A stretch of 18,411 nt of DNA, from contig NEEC01000359.1 of the NCBI GenBank assembly GCA_002189035.1, positions 1-18,411 of the forward strand, read 5' to 3'. Each line of letters begins with the position of its first letter. Position 1 is the stretch's first letter. This document shows, piece after piece, positions 1-11,354 of the stretch. The position numbers were made by a program, and so were the translations under genes. This stretch comes from Utricularia gibba. Taxonomy: Eukaryota > Plantae > Magnoliophyta. The notes beneath the pieces were generated by a model. That model saw only the letters and a list, made by a program, of their open reading frames with translations, made no database searches and was not told the origin of the DNA.

Positions 1-6
1 AGTTGG

Positions 7-12
7 AAAAAA
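7..12 (-). terminator. Relic RNA polymerase III oligo-T terminator (T6) just 3' of the 5S-like segment; repeated in each monomer
   Basis: AAAAAA on + (TTTTTT on -) begins 3 nt downstream of the aligned 5S 3' end. This call depends on the 5S interpretation. Confidence 0.4.
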
Positions 13-15
13 GTC

Positions 16-134
16 ACATGCTACATCATGAATTTCGTGGCATCACTTATCCCAACACTGTTATATAATCTGGATATGCTTAAATATTTATTTTTAATGA
101 ATCCCGGTGCACGTGTGATTTTTAGGCTGCACCC
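16..134 (-). pseudogene. Highly degenerate 5S rRNA-like segment (copy 1; present once in every 535-bp monomer)
   Basis: Minus strand reads GGGTGC-17 nt-TGCACCGG(G)AT...TGGGATAAGTGATGCCACGAAATTCATGATGTAGCATGT, then GACTTTTTT. Plant 5S consensus (recalled) is GGGTGC-17 nt-TGCACCGGAT...TAGGATGGGTGACCTCCTGGGAAGTCCTCGTGTTGCACCC followed by an oligo-T. Length and spacing match; identity is ~53% by manual alignment. Confidence 0.55.
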
Positions 135-3100
135 CGAATGATGATGCGCAATGAGATGACTATGTCGCACATCCTGATCCGCGAAGCACCGCTCGCATAA
201 CATGCAGATCCTTGCTCTTCATAGCACACTGTTGGGAAGCCCTATTCGAGCTCCAAGTATTATAATTTGGAGTTACGTTTGTCCGATAACTGTGGACATA
301 TTAAAAAAGGGCCACAACGAAAAAGTGTCTCACGTGGCATTCCGTGGTGACTGCATTTAATAATGTGCTTCTTGTTCTCGAAATTGATGGAAACAACATA
401 CAAGTCAAAAGAATCAAATAGCCACTAGAGACATGGTATACGGGAATGGTGCATCAAGAATCAGAAGTATCCTAGCAACTAAATGCATCAATCAACAGCC
501 AAAACATATGGTGTCAGACTTCATCTACTATGCGATCAAGTTGGAAAAAGTCACATGCTACATCATGAATTTCGTGGCATCACTTATCCCAACACTGTTA
601 TATAATCTGGATATGCGTAGATATTTATTTTTAATGAATCCGGTGCACGTGTGATTTTTAGGCTGCACCCCGAATGATGATGCGCAATGAAATGACTACG
701 TCGCACATCCTAATCCGCGAAACACCTCTCGCATAACATGCAGATCCTTGCTCTTCATAGCACACTGTTGGGAAGCCCTATTCGAGCTCCAAGTATTATA
801 ATTTGGAGTTACGCTTGTCCGATAACTCTGGACATATTAAAACAAGCCACAACGAAAAGTGTCTCACGTGGCATTCCGTGGTGACTGCTTTTAATAATGT
901 GCTTCATGTTCTCGAAATTGATGCGAACAACATAGAAGTCAAAAGATCAAATAGCCACTAGAGACATGGTATACGGGAATGGTGCATCAAGAATCAGAAG
1001 TATCATAGCAACTAAATGCATCAATCAACAGCCAAAACATATGGTGTCAGACTTCATCTACTATGCGATCAAGTTGGAAAAAAGTCACATGCTACATCAT
1101 GAATTTCGTGGCATCACTTATCCAACACTGTTAATAATCTGGATATGCGTAAATATTTATTTTTAATGAATCGTGCACGTGTTATTTTTAGGCTGCACCC
1201 CGAATGATGATGCGCAATGAGATGACTATGTCGCACATCCTGGTCTGCGAAGCACCGCCGCATAACATGCAGATCCTTGCTCTTCATAGCACACTGTTGG
1301 GAAGCCCTATTCGAGCTCCAAGTATTATAATTTGAGTTACGTTTGTCCGATAACTGTGGACATATTAAAAACAAGCCACAACGAAAAGTGTCTCACGTGG
1401 CATTCCGTGGTGACTGCTTTTAATAATGTGCTTCATGTTCTCGAAATTGATGCGAACAACATACAAGGCAAAAGAATCAAATAGCCACTAGAGACATGGT
1501 ATACGGGAATGGTGCATCAAGAATCAGAAGTATCATAGCAACTAAATGCATCAATCAACAGCCAAAACATATGGTGTCAGACTTCATCTACTATGCGATC
1601 AAGTTGGAAAAAAGTCACATGCTACATCATGAATTTCGTGGCATCACTTATCCCAACACTGTTATATAATCTGGATATGCGTAGATATTTATTTTTAATG
1701 AATCCGGTGCACGTGTGATTTTTAGGCTGCACCCCGAATGATGATGCGCAATGAGATGACTATGTCGCACATCCTAATCCGCGAAGCACCTCTCGCATAA
1801 CATGCAGATCCTTGCTCTTCATAGCACACTGTTGGGAAGCCCTATTCGAGCTCCAAGTATTATAATTTGGAGTTACGTTTGTCCGATAACTCTGGACATA
1901 TTAAAAACAAGCCACAACGAAAAGTGTCTCACGTGGCATTCCGTGGTGACTGCTTTTAATAATGTGCTTCATGTTCTCGAAATTGATGCGAACAACATAC
2001 AAGGCAAAAGAATCAAATAGCCACTAGAGACATGGTATACGGGAATGGTGCATCAAGAATCAGAAGTATCATAGCAACTAAATGCATCAATCAACAGCCA
2101 AAACATATGGTGTCAGACTTCATCTACTATGCGATCAAGTTGGAAAAAAGTCACATGCTACATCATGAATTTCGTGGCATCACTTATCCCAACACTGTTA
2201 TATAATCTGGATATGCGTAAATATTTATTTTTAATGAATCCGTGCACGTGTGATTTTTAGGCTGCACCCCGAATGATGATGCGCAATGAGATGACTATGT
2301 CGCACATCCTGATCCGCGAAGCACCGCTCGCATAACATGCAGATCCTTGCTCTTCATAGCACTGTTGGGAAGCCCTATTCGAGCTCCAAGTATTATAATT
2401 TGGAGTTACGTTTGTCCGATAACTGTGGACATATTAAAAAAGGGCCACAACGAAAAGTGTCTCACGTGGCATTCCGTGTGACTGCATTTAATAATGTGCT
2501 TCTTGTTCTCGAAATTGATGGAAAAACATACAAGTCAAAAGAATCAAATAGCCACTAGAGACATGGTATACGGGAATGGTGCATCAAGAATCAGAAGTAT
2601 CCTAGCAACTAAATGCATCAATCAACAGCCAAAACATATGGTGTCAGACTTCATCTACTATGCGATCAAGTTGGAAAAAAGTCACATGCTACATCATGAA
2701 TTTCGTGGCATCACTTATCCCAACACTGTTATATAATCTGGATATGCGTAGATATTTATTTTTAATGAATCCGTGCACGTGTGATTTTTAGGCTGCACCC
2801 CGAATGATGATGCGCAATGAAATGACTACGTCGCACATCCTAATCCGCGAAGCACCTCTCGCATAACATGCAGATCCTTGCTCTTCATAGCACACTGTTG
2901 GGAAGCCCTATTCGAGCTCCAAGTATTATAATTTGGAGTTACGCTTGTCCGATAACTCTGGACATATTAAAAACAAGCCACAACGAAAAGTGTCTCACGT
3001 GGCATTCCGTGGTGACTGCTTTTAATAATGTGCTTCATGTTCTCGAAATTGATGCGAACAACATACAAGTCAAAAGATCAAATAGCCACTAGAGACATGG

Positions 3101-4825
3101 TATACGGGAATGGTGCATCAAGAATCAGAAGTATCATAGCAACTAAATGCATCAATCAACAGCCAAAACATATGGTGTCAGACTTCATCTACTATGCGAT
3201 CAAGTTGGAAAAAAGTCACATGCTACATCATGAATTTCGTGGCATCACTTATCCCAACACTGTTATATAATCTGGATATGCGTAAATATTTTTTTTAATG
3301 AATCCGGTGCACGTGTTATTTTTAGGCTGCACCCCGAATGATGATGCGCAATGAGATGACTATGTCGCACATCCTGGTCTGCGAAGCACCGCTCGCATAA
3401 CATGCAGATCCTTGCTCTTCATAGCACACTGTTGGGAAGCCCTATTCGAGCTCCAAGTATTATAATTTGGAGTTACGTTTGTCCGATAACTGTGGACATA
3501 TTAAAAAACAAGCCACAACGAAAAGTGTCTCACGTGGCATTCCGTGGTGACTGCTTTTAATAATGTGCTTCATGTTCTCGAAATTGATGCGAACAACATA
3601 CAAGGCAAAAGAATCAAATAGCCCCTAGAGACATGGTATACGGGAATGGTGCATCAAGAATCAGAAGTATCATAGCAACTAAATGCATCAATCAACAGCC
3701 AAAACATATGGTGTCAGACTTCATCTACTATGCGATCAAGTTGGAAAAAAGTCACATGCTACATCATGAATTTCGTGGCATCACTTATCCCAACACTGTT
3801 ATATAATCTGGATATGCGTAGATATTTATTTTTAATGAATCCGGTGCACGTGTGATTTTTAGGCTGCACCCCGAATGATGATGCGCAATGAGAATGACTA
3901 TGTCGCACATCCTAATCCGCGAAGCACCTCTCGCATAACATGCAGATCCTTGCTCTTCATAGCACACTGTTGGGAAGCCCTATTCGAGCTCCAAGTATTA
4001 TAATTTGGAGTTACGTTTGTCCGATAACTCTGGACATATTAAAAACAAGCCACAACGAAAAGTGTCTCACGTGGCATTCCGTGGTGACTGCTTTTAATAA
4101 TGTGCTTCATGTTCTCGAAATTGATGCGAACAACATACAAGGCAAAAGAATCAAATAGCCACTAGAGACATGGTATACGGGAATGGTGCATCAAGAATCA
4201 GAAGTATCATAGCAACTAAATGCATCAATCAACAGCCAAAACATATGGTGTCAGACTTCATCTACTATGCGATCAAGTTGGAAAAAAGTCACATGCTACA
4301 TCATGAATTTCGTGGCATCACTTATCCCAACACTGTTATATAATCTGGATATGCTTAAATATTTATTTTTAATGAATCCGTGCACGTGTGATTTTTAGGC
4401 TGCACCCCGAATGATGATGCGCAATGAAATGACTACGTCGCACATCCTAATCCGCGAAACACCTCTCGCATAACATGCAGATCCTTGCTCTTCATAGCAC
4501 ACTGTTGGGAAGCCCTATTCGAGCTCCAAGTATTATAATTTGGAGTTACGTTTGTCCGATAACTCTGGACATATTAAAAACAAGCCACAACGAAAAGTGT
4601 CTCACGTGGCATTCCGTGGTGACTGCTTTTAATAATGTGCTTCATGTTCTCGAAATTGATGCGAACAACATACAAGTCAAAAGAATCAAATAGCCACTAG
4701 AGACATGGTATACGGGAATGGTGCATCAAGAATCAGAAGTATCATAGCAACTAAATGCATCAATCAACAGCCAAAACATATGGTGTCAGACTTCATCTAC
4801 TATGCGATCAAGTTGGAAAAAAGTC

Positions 4826-4943
4826 ACATGCTACATCATGAATTTCGTGGCATCACTTATCCCAACACTGTTATATAATCTGGATATGCGTAAATATTTA
4901 TTTTTAATGAATCCGGTGCACGTGTGATTTTTAGGCTGCACCC
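4826..4943 (-). pseudogene. Degenerate 5S rRNA-like segment, representative indel-free copy (copy 10)
   Basis: 118 nt: GGGTGCAGCCTAAAAATCACACGTGCACCGGATTCATTAAAAATAAATATTTACGCATATCCAGATTATATAACAGTGTTGGGATAAGTGATGCCACGAAATTCATGATGTAGCATGT. Manual alignment to plant 5S gives 22/33 matches in the 5' part, ~20/45 in the middle and ~22/40 in the 3' part. Confidence 0.55.
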
Positions 4944-7900
4944 CGAATGATGATGCGCAATGAGATGACTATGTCGCACATCCTGGTCCGCGAAGCACCT
5001 CTCGCATAACATGCAGATCCTTGCTCTTCATAGCACACTGTTGGGAAGCCCTATTCGAGCTCCAAGTATTATAATTTGGAGTTACGTTTGTCCGATAACT
5101 CTGGACATATTAAAAACAAGCCACAACGAAAAGTGTCTCACGTGGCATTCCGTGGTGACTGCTTTTAATAATGTGCTTCATGTTCTCGAAATTGATGCGA
5201 ACAACATACAAGGCAAAAGAATCAAATAGCCCCTAGAGACATGGTATACGGGAATGGTGCATCAAGAATCAGAAGTATCATAGCAACTAAATGCATCAAT
5301 CAAAAGCCAAAACATATGGTGTCAGACTTCATCTACTATGCGATCAAGTTGGAAAAAAGTCACATGCTACATAATGAATTTCGTGGCATCACTTATCCCA
5401 ACACTGTTATATAATCTGGATATGCGTAAATATTTATTTTTAATGAATCCGGTGCACGTGTGATTTTTAGGCTGCACCCCGAATGATGATGCGCAATGAA
5501 GCGACTATGTCGCACATCCTGGTCCGCGAAGCACCCTCGCATAACATGCAGATCCTTGCTCTTCATAGCACACTGTTGGGAAGCCCTATTCGAGCTCCAA
5601 GTATTATAATTTGGAGTTACGTTTGTCCGATAACTGTGGACATATTAAAAACAAGCCACAACGAAAAGTGTCTCACGTGGCATTCCGTGGTGACTGCTTT
5701 TAATAATGTGCTTCATGTTCTCGAAATTGATGCGAACAACATACAAGCAAAAGAATCAAATAGCCCTAGAGACATGGTATACGGGAATGGTGCATCAAGA
5801 ATCAGAAGTATCATAGCAACTAAATGCATCAATCAAAAGCCAAAACATATGGTGTCAGACTTCATCTACTATGCGATCAAGTTGGAAAAAAGTCACATGC
5901 TACATCATGAATTTCGTGGCATCACTTATCCCAACACTGTTATATAATCTGGATATGCGTAAATATTTATTTTTAATGAATCCGGTGCACGTGTGATTTT
6001 TAGGCTGCACCCCGAATGATGATGCGCAATGAAATGACTATGTCGCACATCCTGGTCCGCGAAGCACCTCTCGCATAACATGCAGATCCTTGCTCTTCAT
6101 AGCACACTGTTGGGAAGCCCTATTCGAGCTCCAAGTATTATAATTTGGAGTTACGTTTGTCCGATAACTGTGGACATATTAAAAAAGCCACAACGAAAAG
6201 TGTCTCACGTGGCATTCCGTGGTGACTGCTTTAATAATGTGCTTCATGTTCTCGAAATTGATGCGAACAACATACAAGAAAAAGAATCAAATAGCCCCTA
6301 GAGACATGGTATACGGGAATGGTGCATCAAGAATCAGAAGTATCATAGCAACTAAATGCATCAATCAACAGCCAAAACATATGGTGTCAGACTTCATCTA
6401 CTATGCGATCAAGTTGGAAAAAAGTCACATGCTACATCATGAATTTCGTGGCATCACTTATCCCAACACTGTTATAATCTGGATATGCGTAAATATTTAT
6501 TTTTAATGAATCCGGTGCACGTGTGATTTTTAGGATGCACCCGAATGATGATGCGCAATGAAATGACTACGTCGCACATCCTGGTCCGCGAAGCACCTCT
6601 TGCATAACATGCAGATCCTTGCTCTTCATAGCACACTGTTGGGAAGCCCTATTTCGAGCTCCAAGTATTATAATTTGGAGTTACGTTTGTCCGATAACTG
6701 TGGACATATTAAAAACAAGCCACAACGAAAAGTGTCTCACGTGGCATTCCGTGGTGACTGCTTTTAATAATGTGCTTCATGTTCTCGAAATTGATGCGAA
6801 CAACATACAAGGCAAAAGAATCAAATAGCCCTAGAGACATGGTATACGGGAATGGTGCATCAAGAATCAGAAGTATCATAGCAACTAAATGCATCAATCA
6901 AAAGCCAAAACATATGGTGTCAGACTTCATCTACTATGCGATCAAGTTGGAAAAAAGTCACATGCTACATCATGAATTTCGTGGCATCACTTATCCCAAC
7001 ACTGTTATATAATCTGGATATGCGTAAATATTTATTTTTAATGAATCCGGTGCACGTGTGATTTTTAGGCTGCACCCCGAATGATGATGCGCAATGAAAT
7101 GACTATGTCGCACATCCTGGTCCGCGAAGCACCTCTCGCATAACATGCAGATCCTTGCTCTTCATAGCACACTGTTGGGAAGCCCTATTCGAGCTCCAAG
7201 TATTATAATTTGGAGTTACGTTTGTCCGATAACTGTGGACATATTAAAAACAAGCCACAACGAAAAGTGTCTCACGTGGCATTCCGTGGTGACTGCTTTT
7301 AATAATGTGCTTCATGTTCTCGAAATTGATGCGAACAACATACAAGGCAAAAGAATCAAATAGCCCTAGAGACATGGTATACGGGAATGGTGCATCAAGA
7401 ATCAGAAGTATCATAGCAACTAAATGCATCAATCAACAGCCAAAACATATGGTGTCAGACTTCATCTACTATGCGATCAAGTTGGAAAAAAGTCACATGC
7501 TACATCATGAATTTCGTGGCATCACTTATCCCAACACTGTTATATAATCTGGATATGCTTAAATATTTATTTTTAATGAATCCCGTGCACGTGTGATTTT
7601 TAGGCTGCACCCCGAATGATGATGCGCAATGAAATGACTACGTCGCACATCCTAATCCGCGAAACACCTCTCGCATAACATGCAGATCCTTGCTCTTCAT
7701 AGCACACTGTTGGGAAGCCCTATTCGAGCTCCAAGTATTATAATTTGGAGTTACGCTTGTCCGATAACTCTGGACATATTAAAAACAAGCCACAACGAAA
7801 AGTGTCTCACGTGGCATTCCGTGGTGACTGCTTTTAATAATGTGCTTCATGTTCTCGAAATTGATGCGAACAACATAGAAGTCAAAAGACTCAAATAGCC

Positions 7901-10900
7901 ACTAGAGACATGGTATACGGGAATGGTGCATCAAGAATCAGAAGTATCATAGCAACTAAATGCATCAATCAACAGCCAAAACATATGGTGTCAGACTTCA
8001 TCTACTATGCGATCAAGTTGGAAAAAAGTCACATGCTACATCATGAATTTCGTGGCATCACTTATCCCAACACTGTTATATAATCTGGATATGCGTAAAT
8101 ATTTATTTTTAATGAATCCGGTGCACGTGTTATTTTTAGGCTGCACCCCGAATGATGATGCGCAATGAGATGACTATGTCGCACATCCTGGTCTGCGAAG
8201 CACCGCTCGCATAACATGCAGATCCTTGCTCTTCATAGCACACTGTTGGGAAGCCCTATTCGAGCTCCAAGTATTATAATTTGGAGTTACGTTTGTCCGA
8301 TAACTGTGGACATATTAAAAACAAGCCACAACGAAAAGTGTCTCACGTGGCATTCCGTGGTGACTGCTTTTAATAATGTGCTTCATGTTCTCGAAATTGA
8401 TGCGAACAACATACAAGGCAAAAGAATCAAATAGCCCTAGAGACATGGTATACGGGAATGGTGCATCAAGAATCAGAAGTATCATAGCAACTAAATGCAT
8501 CAATCAAAAGCCAAAACATATGGTGTCAGACTTCATCTACTATGCGATCAAGTTGGAAAAAAGTCACATGCTACATAATGAATTTCGTGGCATCACTTAT
8601 CCCAACACTGTTATATAATCTGGATATGCGTAAATATTTATTTTTAATGAATCCGGTGCACGTGTGATTTTTAGGCTGCACCCGAATGATGATGCGCAAT
8701 GAAGCGACTATGCCGCACATCCTGGTCCGCGAAGCACCTCTCGCATAACATGCAGATCCTTGCTCTTCATAGCACACTGTTGGGAAGCCCTATTCGAGCT
8801 CCAAGTATTATAATTTGGAGTTACGTTTGTCCGATAACTCTGGACATATTAAAAACAAGCCACAACGAAAAGTGTCTCACGTGGCATTCCGTGGTGACTG
8901 CTTTTAATAATGTGCTTCATGTTCTCGAAATTGATGCGAACAACATACAAGGCAAAAGAATCAAATAGCCCCTAGAGACATGGTATACGGGAATGGTGCA
9001 TCAAGAATCAGAAGTATCATAGCAACTAAATGCATCAATCAAAAGCCAAAACATATGGTGTCAGACTTCATCTACTATGCGATCAAGTTGGAAAAAAGTC
9101 ACATGCTACATAATGAATTTCGTGGCATCACTTATCCCAACACTGTTATATAATCTGGATATGCGTAAATATTTATTTTTAATGAATCCGGTGCACGTGT
9201 GATTTTTAGGCTGCACCCCGAATGATGATGCGCAATGAAGCGACTATGCCGCACATCCTGGTCCGCGAAGCACCTCTCGCATAACATGCAGATCCTTGCT
9301 CTTCATAGCACACTGTTGGGAAGCCCTATTCGAGCTCCAAGTATTATAATTTGGAGTTACGTTTGTCCGATAACTGTGGACATATTAAAAAAGGGCCACA
9401 ACGAAAAGTGTCTCACGTGGCATTCCGTGGTGACTGCATTTAATAATGTGCTTCTTGTTCTCGAAATTGATGGAAACAACATACAAGGAAAAAGAATCAA
9501 ATAGCCCTAGAGACATGGTATACGGGAATGGTGCATCAAGAATCAGAAGTATCCTAGCAACTAAATGCATCAATCAACAGCCAAAACATATGGTGTCAGA
9601 CTTCATCTACTATGCGATCAAGTTGGAAAAAAGTCACATGCTACATCATGAATTTCGTGGCATCACTTATCCCAACACTGTTATACACTCTGGATATGTG
9701 TAAATATTTATTTTTAATGAATCCGGTGCACGTGTGATTTTTAGGATGCACCCCGAATGATGATGCGCAATGAAATGACTACGTCGCACATCCTGGTCCG
9801 CGAAGCACCTCTTGCATAACATGCAGATCCTTGCTCTTCATAGCACAGTGTTGGGAAGCCCTTTTCGAGCTCCAAGTATTATAATTTGGAGTTACGTTTG
9901 TCCGATAACTGTGGACATATTAAAAACAAGCCACAACGAAAAGTGTCTCACGTGGCATTCCGTGGTGATTGCATTTAATAATGTGCTTCATGTTCTCGAA
10001 ATTGATGCGAACAACATACAAGGCAAAAGAATCAAATAGCCACTAGAGACATGGTATACGGGAATGGTGCATCAAGAATCAGAAGTATCATAGCAACTAA
10101 ATGCATCAATCAAAAGCCAAAACATATGGTGTCAGAATTCATCTACTATGCGATCAAGTTGGAAAAAAGTCACATGCTACATCATGAATTTCGTGCATCA
10201 CTTATCCCAACACTGTTATACACTCTGGATATGCGTAAATATTTATTTTTAATGAATCCCGTGCACGTGTGATTTTTAGGATGCACCCGAATGATGATGC
10301 GCAATGAAATGACTACGTCGCACATCCTGGTCCGCGAAGCACCTCTTGCATAACATGCAGATCCTTGCTCTTCATAGCACAGTGTTGGGAAGCCCTTTTC
10401 GAGCTCCAAGTATTATAATTTGGAGTTACGTTTGTCCGAAAACTGTGGACATATTAAAAACAAGCCACAACGAAAAGTGTCTCACGTGGCATTCCGTGGT
10501 GATTGCATTTAATAATGTGCTTCATGTTCTCGAAATTGATGCGAAAACATACAAGGCAAAAGAATCAAATAGCCACTAGAGACATGGTATACGGGAATGG
10601 TGCATCAAGAATCAGAAGTATCATAGCAACTAAATGCATCAATCAAAAGCCAAAACATATGGTGTCAGAATTCATCTACTATGCGATCATGTTGGAAAAA
10701 AGTCACATGCTACATCATGAATTTCGTGTCATCACTTATCCCAACACTGTTATACACTCTGGATATGCGTAAATATTTATTTTTAATGAATCCCGTGCAC
10801 GTGTGATTTTTAGGATGCACCCCGAATGATGATGCGCAATGAAATGACTATGTCGCACATCCTGGTCCGCGAAGCACCTCTCGCATAACATGCAGATCCT

Positions 10901-11354
10901 TGCTCTTCATAGCACACTGTTGGAAGCCCTATTCGAGCTCCAAGTATTATAATTTGGAGTTACGTTTGTCCGATAACTCTGGACATATTAAAAACAAGCC
11001 ACAACGAAAAGTGTCTCACGTGGCATTCCGTGGTGACTGCATTTAATAATGTGCTTCATGTTCTCGAAATTGATGCGAACAACATACAAGGCAAAAGAAT
11101 CAAATAGCCACTAGAGACATGGTATACGGGAATGGTGCATCAAGAATCAGAAGTATCATAGCAACTAAATGCATCAATCAAAAGCCAAAACATATGGTGT
11201 CAGAATTCATCTACTATGCGATCAAGTTGGAAAAAGTCACATGCTACATCATGAATTTCGTGGCATCACTTATCCCAACACTGTTATACACTCTGGATAT
11301 GCGTAAATATTTATTTTTAATGAATCCCGTGCACGTGTGATTTTTAGGATGCAC

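Larger units (their letters stand above)
1..11354. repeat. Tandem satellite array, ~535-bp monomer, 21 complete copies + 130-bp partial; truncated by left window edge
   Basis: The anchor AGTTGGAAAAA recurs at 1, 539, 1072, 1602, 2138, 2669, 3203, 3739, 4276, 4811, 5347, 5880, 6412, 6945, 7480, 8016, 8551, 9086, 9621, 10157, 10690 (TGTTGG variant) and 11225. Mean period is 534.5 bp. Copies differ by a few SNPs and 1-bp indels. Monomer sequence stops abruptly after ...TTTTTAGGATGCAC at 11354. Confidence 0.99.

Noticed and set aside
50-237. Inverted repeat TCCCAACA/TGTTGGGA as MITE terminal repeats
   Set aside because: Only 8 (+3) bp, with no target-site duplication evident.
142-254. Second, plus-strand 5S-like copy (GATGCG...TGGGAAGCCCT...GCTCC)
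   Set aside because: Only the 3' ~26 nt align (17/26); the rest needs many gaps. Likely chance unless a covariance model supports it.
1-538. 535 bp as a trimer of ~178-bp subunits
   Set aside because: Internal shared words (ACACTGTT offset 171, ACATGC offset 184, CGTGGCAT offset 297) do not give a consistent period. Not supported by eye.
1072-3900. Scattered single-base indels between monomers (e.g. AATCGTG, AATCCGTG, AATCCCGGTG; GAGAATGAC)
   Set aside because: Concentrated in homopolymers and mostly sporadic, so they are probably long-read consensus errors. They were not relied on as primary haplotype markers.
21-11340. Many 60-154 aa ORFs on both strands in the 535-bp array
   Set aside because: They recur with the repeat period, open and close with 1-bp indels between copies, and show no recognisable protein motif. 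They are by-products of the satellite sequence.
1-11354. CRISPR array or functional 5S rDNA cluster
   Set aside because: There are no unique spacers, so it is not CRISPR. The 5S-like segment is only ~53% identical, with helix I and internal promoter boxes disrupted, so it is not called as a functional rRNA.
1-11354. Cassandra TRIM tandem array (5S-containing LTRs)
   Set aside because: No clear PBS (TGGTATCAGAGC) or polypurine tract was found in the monomer. Cassandra 5S segments are partial and well conserved, whereas this one spans the full gene length and is heavily decayed.
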